Below, piece after piece: positions 1 to 8,877 of a DNA stretch of 64,000 nucleotides. Below the pieces are notes generated by a model. It made no database searches. It was not told the origin of the DNA and was given only the letters and a program-made list of their open reading frames with translations. Each line of letters begins with the position of its first letter. Position 1 is the stretch's first letter. The DNA comes from Candidatus Limnocylindrales bacterium. Its GTDB lineage: Bacteria > Chloroflexota > Limnocylindria > Limnocylindrales > CSP1-4. Made by a program: the position numbers and the translations under genes. Where the stretch lies: assembly GCA_035248345.1 (NCBI GenBank), contig DATFHO010000101.1, forward strand, positions 4,168 through 68,167, in the 5' to 3' direction.

Positions 1-473
1 TCGAGCGCATCGAGCTCGGCGTCGCCGGCGTAGTAGCAGCCCTCGCCGTGGGCGATCGGCATGCGCAGCGGCCGCCCATCACCGACGAGCGCCGTGAACG
101 GGGTGTCGAGCTGCTCCGCCGCGATGTGGACGTCGCGGCCCAGGAATCGCAGGCCGCGGTTGCGCAGCAGCGCGCCCGGGACGAGCCCCGCTTCGGCGAT
201 GACCTGGAAGCCGTTGCAGATCCCGAGGACGAGGCCACCATCCGCGGCGAACGCGGACACGGCGCGCATCACGGGCGAGAACCGGGCGATCACGCCGGCG
301 CGCAGGTAGTCGCCGTACGCGAAGCCACCCGGCAGCACGACTGCCGCTGCGCCGTCCAGTGCACCCTGCTCGTGCCAGAGCGGCACCGCCTCGGCGCCCG
401 CGAGCTCGAAGCCGCGGAGCGTGTCGCGGTCGCAGTTGGAGCCCGGGAAGACCACGACGCCGATGCGGGTCAC
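1..473 (-). CDS. purQ: phosphoribosylformylglycinamidine synthase glutaminase subunit PurQ (N-terminal part; gene runs off the left edge)
   Basis: Reverse translation from GTG at 473 gives VTRIGVVVFPGSNCDRD...LGICNGFQ, a PurQ-type class I amidotransferase. The start overlaps the purS stop (GTGA). Confidence 0.85.
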   Translation of the reverse strand, partial: MTRIGVVVFPGSNCDRDTLRGFELAGAEAVPLWHEQGALDGAAAVVLPGGFAYGDYLRAGVIARFSPVMRAVSAFAADGGLVLGICNGFQVIAEAGLVPGALLRNRGLRFLGRDVHIAAEQLDTPFTALVGDGRPLRMPIAHGEGCYYAGDAELDAL

Positions 474-718
474 CGCGCTTCGACCTCGAACGATTCGATC
501 AGCGGATTCGAGAAGAGCTCCTGGCCGAGGCGGTCGACGACCGCTCGCGCCGCCGCGGCATCCGGGGCGTCGACCGTCAGCTCGACGCGCCGCCCCACCC
601 GTACCGCCGACACGCCGTCCACGCCCAGATGGCCGAGGCTGCCCTCGACCGCCCGACCCTGCGGATCGAGGATCCCGTCCTTCGGCAGCACGTTGACCGC
701 GAACCGGAAGCTGCTCAT
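470..718 (-). CDS. purS: phosphoribosylformylglycinamidine synthase subunit PurS
   Basis: The internal Met of ORF 470..853 gives an 82-aa product, MSSFRFAVNVLPKDGILDPQGRAVEGSL..., typical of PurS. It sits between purC and purQ. Confidence 0.85.
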   Translation of the reverse strand: MSSFRFAVNVLPKDGILDPQGRAVEGSLGHLGVDGVSAVRVGRRVELTVDAPDAAAARAVVDRLGQELFSNPLIESFEVEAR

Positions 719-1635
719 CGCGCGATCACGTCCTCCAGGAGGTAGCGGCTGAAGCTGGCGCCGGTGATCCGCTCGAACGCCTCGACGTACCGGGCACGCG
801 TCCCGGCGACCACGTCGGACGGCAGCTCCGGACCGGGGGCTGTCTTGTCCCATGCCTGCGTCTCGAGCCAGTCGCGCACGAACTGCTTGTCGAAGCTGGC
901 CTGCGGGCCGCCGGGCTCATACGCTGCGGCATCCCAGAACCGCGATGAGTCGGGCGTCATCACCTCGTCAACGAGGATGAGGCCGTCGTCCGTCAGGCCC
1001 ATCTCGAACTTCGTGTCGGCGAGGATGATCCCGGCCTCGGCTGCGCGGCGCGCGCCCAGGTCGTACAGCCGGAATGCGATGTCCCGGACCTGCGCGGCCA
1101 AGGCTTCTGCCGCGTCGCGCCCGAGCCAGTCGTCGCCGTGGGGCGGCCAGTCCTCGAAGATCTGGACCATCGATTCGTAGTCGATGTTCATGTCGTGCTG
1201 GCCCTCGGGCGCCTTCGTTGCCGGGGTCAGGATCGGCTCACGGAGCTTGTCGGACTCGAGAAGGCCGGCTGGCAGTCGATTGCCGCACACGCCGCCGTGC
1301 ATCAGGTATTCCTTCCAGCCGGAGCCGGACAGGTAGCCGCGGACGACGATCTCGACCGGGAGCACGATCGCGCGGCGGCAGACCATCGATCGCCCGAGGA
1401 GCTCCGGGTCGTCGCCGACGACCCGGAGCAGGTGGTTGGGCACGATCGACGCGGTCTCGTCGAACCACCAGCGCGACAGCCCGGTCAGCACGCGGCCCTT
1501 GTCCGGGATGTCGGTCGGCAGGACGACATCGAACGCCGAGATGCGGTCCGAGGCGACGAGCAGGAGTCGCGCATCGTCGAGCTCGTAGAGGTCGCGGACC
1601 TTCCCGGATCGCAGGAATCGATCAGCGGTGAGCAC
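715..1635 (-). CDS. purC: phosphoribosylaminoimidazole-succinocarboxamide (SAICAR) synthase
   Basis: ORF 715..1908. The PurC-like part starts at the GTG (VLTADRFLRSGKVRDLYE...SDRISAFD...). The upstream Arg/Ser-rich stretch looks non-genuine. Start chosen at 1635. Confidence 0.85.
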   Translation of the reverse strand: MLTADRFLRSGKVRDLYELDDARLLLVASDRISAFDVVLPTDIPDKGRVLTGLSRWWFDETASIVPNHLLRVVGDDPELLGRSMVCRRAIVLPVEIVVRGYLSGSGWKEYLMHGGVCGNRLPAGLLESDKLREPILTPATKAPEGQHDMNIDYESMVQIFEDWPPHGDDWLGRDAAEALAAQVRDIAFRLYDLGARRAAEAGIILADTKFEMGLTDDGLILVDEVMTPDSSRFWDAAAYEPGGPQASFDKQFVRDWLETQAWDKTAPGPELPSDVVAGTRARYVEAFERITGASFSRYLLEDVIAR

Positions 1636-2962
1636 CGACCGCCTCCTTGTGCTGCGGCGCCCCGACCAGCGCGTCCAAGCGAGCGATGACCTCCGGCACG
1701 TGGCCGAGGTACCGGGCGTCGTCGAAGCACGCGTCGAGCTCGGCGAGGCTGAGCTTCCGCGCGACGGTCGGCTCCACCGCGAGGACGTCCCGCAGCTGGC
1801 GGCCGCTGCTCTGCGCCTCGAACGACGCGCGCTGCACCACCTCGTACGCGGCCTCGCGAGCGAGGCCGGCGTGCTCGACGAGCGCGAGCAGGACCCGCGA
1901 CGAGGCATGGAGGCCGAGCCCGCGCTCGATGTTGTCGCGCATCCGCTCCGGCCGGAGGACCAGGTCGCGGATCAGGGTGGCGGACTTCTGGAGCAGGTAA
2001 TCCAGCAGGATCGTTGCGTCGGGCAGGATCACCCGCTCGGCCGACGAATGGCTGATGTCGCGCTCGTGCCACAGCGGCTGGTTCTCGAGGGCGGTGGCGG
2101 CGTAGCCGCGCAGCACGCGGGCGAGCCCTGCGATGCGCTCCGACAGGATCGGGTTGCGCTTGTGCGGCATCGCCGAGGAGCCCTTCTGGCCCTGCTTGAA
2201 CGGCTCCATCACCTCGCCGATCTCGGTGTGCTGGAGGTTCCGGATCTCGGTCGCGAACCGCTCGAGTGACCCGCCGAGGATGGCGATCGCCGTCACGAGC
2301 GCCGCGTGCCGGTCGCGCTGGACGATCTGCGTGCTCACCGGGTCGACTCGCAGGCCGAGCTCCTCCATGACCTCGGCCTCGACCGCCGGCTCGAGGTGGC
2401 TGTACGTCCCGACCGGGCCGGACAGCTTGCCGGTCGCGATCTCGTCGACGGCCTCGCGGAGGCGGCGGCGGCCCCGGTCGACCTCGAACGCCCACCCGGC
2501 CAGCTTCAACCCGAACGTCGTCGGCTCCGCGTGCACGGAGTGGGTGCGACCCATCATCAGCGTCTCGGCCTCGGCGCGCGCGCGCGTGATGAGCACATCC
2601 ACGAGCTTGTCGGCGTCGCGAAGCAGCAGCTCGCCGGCTGCGCGCAGCTGGAGCGCGAGCCCGGTGTCGACGACGTCGGACGACGTGAGCCCGAGGTGGA
2701 TGAACCGTCCCTCCGGACCGACGGACTCGGCAACCTGGGACACGAACGCGATGACATCGTGGTCGGTCGTGCGCTCGAGCTCCTCGATGCGCGCGACGTC
2801 GACCGTCGCCTTCGCCTCGATCGCGTTCAGCGCCTCCTGCGGCACACGGCCGCGCCGCGCCTGCGCGCGCGTCACCGCGAGCTCGACGGCGAGCATGTGC
2901 TCGAAGCGGGCCCCGTCGGACCAGATGGCGCCCATCTCGGCGAGCGTGTACCGGCGGATCAC
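1622..2962 (-). CDS. purB: adenylosuccinate lyase
   Basis: ORF 1622..3409. The conserved N-terminus VIRRYTLAEMGAIWSD begins at GTG 2962, which overlaps the purD stop (GTGA). Fumarate-lyase signature SSAMPHKRNP is present. Confidence 0.9.
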   Translation of the reverse strand: MIRRYTLAEMGAIWSDGARFEHMLAVELAVTRAQARRGRVPQEALNAIEAKATVDVARIEELERTTDHDVIAFVSQVAESVGPEGRFIHLGLTSSDVVDTGLALQLRAAGELLLRDADKLVDVLITRARAEAETLMMGRTHSVHAEPTTFGLKLAGWAFEVDRGRRRLREAVDEIATGKLSGPVGTYSHLEPAVEAEVMEELGLRVDPVSTQIVQRDRHAALVTAIAILGGSLERFATEIRNLQHTEIGEVMEPFKQGQKGSSAMPHKRNPILSERIAGLARVLRGYAATALENQPLWHERDISHSSAERVILPDATILLDYLLQKSATLIRDLVLRPERMRDNIERGLGLHASSRVLLALVEHAGLAREAAYEVVQRASFEAQSSGRQLRDVLAVEPTVARKLSLAELDACFDDARYLGHVPEVIARLDALVGAPQHKEAVGAHR

Positions 2963-4287
2963 GATGCGGCTCCCACCGGGACCGCGGCGCCCGGCAGCGA
3001 CTGCGCGATGTCGTGGCGGCGCTGCATGCCGTCCCAGGAGATCAGGCTCGCGGCTCGCTCTGCGGCATCCCGCGCCCCCACGAGATCCGTCCAGCCTCCG
3101 ACGACCGTGAGGACGCGCCCGCCGTTCGTGCCGTAGCCGCCGCCCGGGCGGCCGACCGACCCCCCGTGGAAGACCACGGCGCCCTCGTCCGCGGCCGCGT
3201 TCAACCCGTCGATGGCGGCGCCGCGTGAAGGCGTGTTGGGGTAGCCCTCGGCCGCGAGCACGATCCCGACGGCCGCGTTCTGGAACACGGGCAGGCGCCG
3301 ATCGCCGCCGAGCCGGCGCTGCGCCGCGGCCGCCAGCACGGGACCGAGCGCGCCGGCGAGGCGGGGCATGATCACCTGCGTCTCGGGGTCGCCGAGTCGC
3401 GCGTTGCACTCCAGCAGCACGGGGCCGTCGTCGGTGAGCATCAGCCCGGCGTAGAGGAAGCCGATGAACGGCGTCCCGCGCTCGGCGAGCTCCCGCAGGA
3501 TCGGGCGATGGACGGTCCGGAGGATCTCGTCGACGGCATCGTCGGGGAGATCCGGCAGCGGCGAGTAGGCGCCCATGCCGCCGGTGTTCGGTCCTTCGTC
3601 ACCGTCGCACAGCCGCTTGTAGTCCCGCGATGCGGGGAGGGCGACGGCGTCGCGGCCGTCGCAGATCGCGATCACGCTGGCTTCGCGCCCGTGGAGGCGC
3701 TCTTCGACGACGAGCGCGGGACCCGGCCCGCGTCCCTCCAGGTTGGAGGCGACGTGTGCGACCGCGAGCTCGACGTCCTCGTAGACGGTCACGCCCTTGC
3801 CGGCTGCCAAGCCGTCCTGCTTCAGCACGACACCGCCACCGCCGGCGCCCAGCTCCGCGACGTACGCGCGTGCGGCGTCGCCTTGGTGCGCCTCAAAGGC
3901 GCGCGCGCGGGCCATTCGAACGCCCGCACCCTGCGCGACGTCGTGGCAGAACGACTTCGAGGATTCGATGCGGGCCGCTGCGCGGGTGGGGCCGAAGACG
4001 CGGAACCCGGCCTCGGTGAGGGCGTCCGTGACACCGGCCGCCAGCGGCGCCTCGGGGCCGATCACGACGAGCTCTGCGGCCACCTCCCGCGCGGCAGCGA
4101 CAACTTCCGCCGGGTCCAGCGGATCCACGGACGGAAGGCATCGCACGCGGGGCTCGGCGCCGATCGCCGCGGACCCGGGAGCCACGACGACCTCGTTCAT
4201 GCCCGGCTCGCTCGCGAGCTTCCACGCGAGCGCATGCTCGCGCGCACCGGAGCCCACGATGAGCGTGATCGTCGGTGCGGTGCTCAC
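2959..4287 (-). CDS. purD: phosphoribosylamine-glycine ligase
   Basis: 442-aa ORF with a PurD-like ATP-grasp sequence (LIVGSGAREHALAWKL..., FLYAGLMLT). Confidence 0.9.
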   Translation of the reverse strand: MSTAPTITLIVGSGAREHALAWKLASEPGMNEVVVAPGSAAIGAEPRVRCLPSVDPLDPAEVVAAAREVAAELVVIGPEAPLAAGVTDALTEAGFRVFGPTRAAARIESSKSFCHDVAQGAGVRMARARAFEAHQGDAARAYVAELGAGGGGVVLKQDGLAAGKGVTVYEDVELAVAHVASNLEGRGPGPALVVEERLHGREASVIAICDGRDAVALPASRDYKRLCDGDEGPNTGGMGAYSPLPDLPDDAVDEILRTVHRPILRELAERGTPFIGFLYAGLMLTDDGPVLLECNARLGDPETQVIMPRLAGALGPVLAAAAQRRLGGDRRLPVFQNAAVGIVLAAEGYPNTPSRGAAIDGLNAAADEGAVVFHGGSVGRPGGGYGTNGGRVLTVVGGWTDLVGARDAAERAASLISWDGMQRRHDIAQSLPGAAVPVGAAS

Positions 4288-4300
4288 GCCGGTCCGCGCC

Positions 4301-5611
4301 TCACACCAGGCCCGACGCCATGCGCCGGCGCATCGGGCGCCACGCCCGTTCGATCGTCTGCGTGCGCTCCGGGCCGACGGACACGAGCACGATCGGGACG
4401 CCGGCGGTCTCCTCGAGGGCGGTCACGTACCGGCGCGCCGCCTCGGGAAGGTCGCCGAGCGAGCGCACATCGTGGATCGGCTCAGACCAGCCCTCGAACC
4501 ATTCGTAGATCGGCGTGGCCCGCTCGAGCGCCTGCGCCGAGGACGGCCAGCGCTCCACCCGCTCGCCGTCGATGTCGTACGCGACGCACAACGGGATCCG
4601 CTCGAGCCCCGACAGGATGTCGATCTTGTTCAGCATGATGCTGCTCACGGAGTTCACCGCGACCGCGTAGCGAATCGGCACGGCGTCGAACCAGCCGACG
4701 CGGCGCGGGCGGCCCGTGGTGGTTCCAACCTCGTGGCCTCGGGAGCGAATCCCCTCCCCGACCTCGTCATGGAGCTCCGTCGGGAACGGGCCGGAGCCGA
4801 CGCGCGTGGCGTACGCCTTCATCACGCCCATGACCTCGTCGACCTGGAGCGGGCCGATGCCGCCGCCCGTCGTTGCACCACCGGCAACCGCATTCGACGA
4901 CGTCACGAACGGGTACGACCCGTGGTCCAGGTCCAGCAATGTGCCCTGCGCGCCCTCGAGCAGCACGTGCTCGCCACGTGCCAGCGCGCCCTGCACGAGC
5001 CACGTCGTGTCGTCGAGGTGCGCCGCCAGGCGGTCGCCCCACGCGGCGGCCTTGTCGACGAGCGAATCCACCTCGAACGGCGACGCGCCCATCGAGGCGA
5101 GCAGGTTGTTCTTGTCGGGCAGGAGCCGGGAGAGTCGGTCCCGGAGGACCTCGCGGTCGAGCAGGTCGCCCATCCGAAGTCCGACACGCCACGCGCGATC
5201 GCCGTACGTGGGGCCGATCCCACGTCCGGTCGTGCCTACCTTCGCGCCGTCGAGGCGCGCCTCGTTCGCGCGGTCGAGCGCCACGTGGTAGGGCATGATC
5301 ACGTGGGCTGCCCGGCTGACCCTGACCCGCGAGACGTCAATGCCGCGCGCGGCGAGCATGTCGAGCTCGTCGATGAGCGTCTGGGGATTCACGACGACGC
5401 CGTTCCCGATCACCGACGTGATGTGCGGATACAGGACGCCCGACGGCACGAGGTGGAGCTTGAGCACCTCGTCGCCCTTGACCACCGTGTGGCCGGCGTT
5501 GTCGCCGCCCTGGTATCGCACGACCATCCCGACCTGCTCGGCCAGGAAGTCGGTGGTCTTGCCCTTCCCCTCGTCGCCCCACTGCAGCCCGACAACGATG
5601 CTTGCCGGCAT
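4301..5611 (-). CDS. purA: adenylosuccinate synthetase
   Basis: ORF 4301..5995. The canonical N-terminus MPASIVVGLQWGDEGKGKTTD starts at ATG 5611. Confidence 0.92.
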   Translation of the reverse strand: MPASIVVGLQWGDEGKGKTTDFLAEQVGMVVRYQGGDNAGHTVVKGDEVLKLHLVPSGVLYPHITSVIGNGVVVNPQTLIDELDMLAARGIDVSRVRVSRAAHVIMPYHVALDRANEARLDGAKVGTTGRGIGPTYGDRAWRVGLRMGDLLDREVLRDRLSRLLPDKNNLLASMGASPFEVDSLVDKAAAWGDRLAAHLDDTTWLVQGALARGEHVLLEGAQGTLLDLDHGSYPFVTSSNAVAGGATTGGGIGPLQVDEVMGVMKAYATRVGSGPFPTELHDEVGEGIRSRGHEVGTTTGRPRRVGWFDAVPIRYAVAVNSVSSIMLNKIDILSGLERIPLCVAYDIDGERVERWPSSAQALERATPIYEWFEGWSEPIHDVRSLGDLPEAARRYVTALEETAGVPIVLVSVGPERTQTIERAWRPMRRRMASGLV

Positions 5612-6540
5612 CAGAGGGCGCTCGCCATCTCGGTCCAGCCGTGCGTTGCCGGCCTGCGCGCCTCGCTCACGCACCTTGGGGTGCGCTCGCCACGGTGCTC
5701 GACCGGCGCCTTCGTCCGGACCGCCTGGCGAGCGCGACTGGCTCCAGGAATCGAGAAATCCCGGGCCTCGCGGCTCGGGATCAGGTTGCAAATCTCCCGC
5801 GGGTCGCCGCCAGCGTTGCGGCGCTGGTTCTGCCGGTGCATCGGCCGCCTCACGGGACGGACGACGCGCCCTGATCGCGCGATCGCAGGACCTCCCCTGT
5901 CCGGGCGCCTCGACACGTCCCGGGAACGACCGGAGGATAGCAGGGGCGGCGCGGGCGCCGTCGGGCCCTGCTCGGGCGCGGCTCGGGGCCCGCACGGGGC
6001 CCGCTCAGGCGCCGGATCCGCTCCGGGACCGGACATGGCGATCGCCCCCCGTCAGGTCGGGAGGCGATCGATGGAGCGCTGATGAAGGTGCCGCCAGATC
6101 ATCGAGCGATGAGTCCGGCCAAACGCGTTCCGGCTCGAGGCCGATCACTCATGGTTGCTCGACCCGTGACCTCCGCCCGGGATCTCCGTATGCGGTCCCT
6201 TCGCCCGCTCCGGCGTCCGTTCGATGGTCCGTGGCCGACGCCCCGAGTGCCCCCGGTTTGCCGCGTTCGGCGCATCTGAACCATATGCCCAGGGCCGATC
6301 GGCAGGCAATGGGCGGTACGTCCCGCCCGACCAGGGTCGATGGTCCGAGGCATCCGCGCACCGACCCGGGACCAACGTACCCGGTTGCAGATTCATGTCA
6401 GCGGTAAGCGCGAGCGAAGCGGCCGGTGACCGCGCGGTGAGCGGTGCTCGCTACGGTGCGTCAATCGCCGAACAACGATCCCGCCGCACGCAGGATCGGC
6501 CCGTGACCCGTCGGCCGATCGAACCAAGGAGTGTTGGACC

Positions 6541-7008
6541 GTGAACAAGGTCCTCCTGACCGGCCGCCTGACGCGCGATCCGGAGATGCGCGCGCTCGCA
6601 AGCGGCAAGCACGTCACGCAGTTCAGCGTGGCAACCACGGAGTACGCCGGGAACGGCAAGGAACGCCCGGAGTTCCACAACGTCGTCACGTGGGATCGGC
6701 TCGCGGAAGTGTGCGGCCGCTACCTCGGGAAGGGCCAGCAGGTGTCGATCGAGGGTCGCATCCAGACGCGGACCTGGGACGACGAGAAGGGACTGCGCCA
6801 CTGGAAGACCGAGATCGTCGCGACGACCGTCGAGATGCTCTCCGGCCGGAAGAAGAAGGACTACGCGGCCGCGTCGTCGGCCGACGCGATCGAGGCGGCG
6901 GGGCTCGCCGCCGGGGGCACCGAGAGCGCCGACGCCGACGCCGACGGAGAGGACGACGCCCCGAGCATCGCACCTGACGAGCCGATTGCAGAGGCGCTCG
7001 CCGCCTGA
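6541..7008 (+). CDS. ssb: single-stranded DNA-binding protein (OB fold) with an atypical C-terminus
   Basis: 155-aa ORF with GTG start. AAGGAG lies at 6526-6531, 9 nt upstream. MNKVLLTGRLTRDPEMR...HNVVTWDRLAE...GRIQTRTWDD is a classic SSB OB domain. The acidic Ala/Asp tail ends in ...DEPIAEALAA instead of DDDIPF. Confidence 0.9.
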   Translation: MNKVLLTGRLTRDPEMRALASGKHVTQFSVATTEYAGNGKERPEFHNVVTWDRLAEVCGRYLGKGQQVSIEGRIQTRTWDDEKGLRHWKTEIVATTVEMLSGRKKKDYAAASSADAIEAAGLAAGGTESADADADGEDDAPSIAPDEPIAEALAA

Positions 7009-7027
7009 CCCGAATCCCCCTCCCTCA

Positions 7028-7081
7028 CGCGCCCGGGCGGCGCCGGACCTCCCCCTGGAGCCGTCCGGGTGCGTTCCTTCC
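7028..7081. terminator. GC-rich hairpin between convergent ssb and rsmI; likely intrinsic or bidirectional terminator
   Basis: CGCGCCCGGGCGG (7028-7040) pairs over 13 bp, including 2 G-U pairs, with CCGTCCGGGTGCG (7061-7073). It is followed by TTCCTTCC on the + strand. Confidence 0.5.
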
Positions 7082-7953
7082 TAGTGCTCCGGATACAGCT
7101 CCCGCCGCGGCAGGCCCGTCTCCGCCGCAACAGAGCGCGCTGCCTCGGACGCCCGCATCCCGGATTCGACGAGCGCCCGTACGCGCGCGCGACCGTCGTC
7201 GAGGTCGACCGGCGCCGGTGCCTCTTCCCTGCGCGCATCCGCCGCGCCGCCGACGACGATGACGATCTCCCCACGCGCCGGGATCTCCCCTCCGACGGCC
7301 GCAGCAAGCTCCCCGAGCGCGCCGCGTGCGACCTGCTCATGCAGCTTCGTGAGCTCGCGGCAGACGGCGGCGGGACGCTCCGCGCCACATACGCCGGCGA
7401 GGTCTCGCAACGTGGCCGCGAGACGGCCGGGCGCCTCGAACAGCACGGTCGAGCGGTCGTCTCCCGCGATCCGCGCGAGCCGTTCCTTCCGCTCGCGCCC
7501 GCTCCGCGGGAGGAAGCCCTCGAACCCCCAGCGCGCACCGGCCACGCCGGTCGACGCCACCGCCGCCAGGACGGCCGAGGCACCGGGGATGGCCGCGACC
7601 GTGCCACCCTCGGCCGCCCACGCAGTCACGAGGTCCTCGCCGGGATCGCTCACGATGGGCGTGCCGGCATCGGTCACGATCGCGAGATCGGCGCCCCCGC
7701 GGAGGTGCGCAAGCAGCTCGCCAGCTCGCGCCGGCCCGCTCCGAGCGTGGAAGCTCACCAGCCGCGTCCCGACCTCGTACCGCGCGAAGAGCCGCCGCGT
7801 AATTCGCGTGTCCTCCGCCGCGACGAGGGGCACTGCCTTGAGCACCTCAAGCGCGCGCAGCGTCACATCGCCGAGATTGCCGATGGGCGTGGCGACCACG
7901 TAGAGCGTGCCGCGGGCCGGTACCGTGCCGGTGTCGGTCGAAGCGCCTGCCAC
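7081..7953 (-). CDS. rsmI: 16S rRNA (cytidine1402-2'-O)-methyltransferase
   Basis: 290-aa ORF. YVVATPIGNLGDVTLRALEVLKAVPLVAAEDTR matches the tetrapyrrole-methylase-fold RsmI N-terminus. Confidence 0.85.
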   Translation of the reverse strand: MAGASTDTGTVPARGTLYVVATPIGNLGDVTLRALEVLKAVPLVAAEDTRITRRLFARYEVGTRLVSFHARSGPARAGELLAHLRGGADLAIVTDAGTPIVSDPGEDLVTAWAAEGGTVAAIPGASAVLAAVASTGVAGARWGFEGFLPRSGRERKERLARIAGDDRSTVLFEAPGRLAATLRDLAGVCGAERPAAVCRELTKLHEQVARGALGELAAAVGGEIPARGEIVIVVGGAADARREEAPAPVDLDDGRARVRALVESGMRASEAARSVAAETGLPRRELYPEH

Positions 7954-7964
7954 GCGATCGAGGG

Positions 7965-8867
7965 TCAGGAGCGCGCGGAGCCGGGCCGACGCCGCGGGTA
8001 GAGGTAGTCGACCCCGGCCGTCCGCGGCCCGAGCTTCGCGACCGGCGGGACCTGCCGCTTGAACTCCGACGTCGCGATCATCCGATCCACCCGGTCGATG
8101 AGCGCCCGATCGAAGCCCATCTCGACCAGCTCGTCGGTGGACCGTCGCCGGTCGACTCGCCAGAACAGGAGCCGGTCGAGCAGCGGATAACGGAACGCGC
8201 CCTCGCCCTCGTCGGTCTGGTCCGGCCAGAGATCCGCGCTCGGTGCCTTCGCGATGACCGCGCGCGGCACGCCGACCGCAGCGGCCAGCTGGCGAACCTG
8301 GCTCTTGTACAGGTCGCCGATCGGGTTGAACGCGCAGGCGTTGTCGCCGTAGATCGTCGTGTAGCCGATCAGCGATTCGGTCTTGTTCCCTGTCCCGACC
8401 ACGAGCCCGCCGAACGACACCGAACGGTCGTACAGCACGGACATCCGCATTCGGGCCATGAAGTTGCCGCGCCGCAGCGCGGATGCGCCCGTGACATCCG
8501 CCGAACCGGAGCCGAAGTACGCGTCGACCATCGGCGTGATCTCGACGAGGTCGCTCGGGCAGCCGAGGTCGGCGACGATCGTGTCGGCATCGGCGGTCGA
8601 TGCGGCGGACGATGTCCGGTACGGCATCTTCACCGTCAGCAGCTTGTCCGCACCGATCGCCTCGGCGACGAGATACGCGACGAGCGCGGAATCGATCCCG
8701 CCGGACAACCCCAGCACCAGCCGCTCGAACCCCGCCTGCGCCAGCTGGCCGCGGATGAAGCCCGCAATGACCTTGCGGGCGACATCGGTGTCGATCGCCA
8801 GCTCGTCCGGCAGCTCGAAGAGCGGCTGGCCGCCGTCGTCGACCGGGACCGGCTGCACCGCGCTCAT
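7965..8867 (-). CDS. nadE: NAD+ synthetase, synthetase (ATP-pyrophosphatase) subunit
   Basis: 300-aa ORF with the PP-loop [15 protein letters not shown]. It lies directly downstream of a CN-hydrolase gene. Confidence 0.85.
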   Translation of the reverse strand: MSAVQPVPVDDGGQPLFELPDELAIDTDVARKVIAGFIRGQLAQAGFERLVLGLSGGIDSALVAYLVAEAIGADKLLTVKMPYRTSSAASTADADTIVADLGCPSDLVEITPMVDAYFGSGSADVTGASALRRGNFMARMRMSVLYDRSVSFGGLVVGTGNKTESLIGYTTIYGDNACAFNPIGDLYKSQVRQLAAAVGVPRAVIAKAPSADLWPDQTDEGEGAFRYPLLDRLLFWRVDRRRSTDELVEMGFDRALIDRVDRMIATSEFKRQVPPVAKLGPRTAGVDYLYPRRRPGSARS

Positions 8868-8877
8868 CGAGCCGCTC

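Noticed and set aside
5611-6036. A 141-aa minus-strand ORF whose TGA overlaps the purA ATG (TGATG), suggesting a coupled upstream gene.
   Set aside because: Third-position G+C is only about 82% by hand count, against about 90% or more in the genuine ORFs I checked. The product is Arg/Pro-rich with no motif. Such overlaps arise by chance in this composition. It remains a possibility within the long-gap finding, and I did not annotate it.
5612-6540. Known RNAs in the purA-ssb gap: tmRNA, SRP RNA, 6S RNA, and ZTP/pfl, purine and ykkC riboswitches.
   Set aside because: I found no tRNA-like ...UCCACCA 3' end, no GGUCCGGAAGGAAGCAGCC SRP core, and no CCGCCUGGGC in the right order or strand for ZTP. 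The GGUCCGAG/CCCGGGA matches to ykkC lack the intervening P1a/P1b spacing. By-eye matching is weak evidence, so a covariance-model scan is still needed.
6871-6965. Short GCCGAC repeats (ADADAD) in the ssb 3' region.
   Set aside because: This is simple low-complexity coding for the flexible acidic SSB linker, not an independent repeat element.
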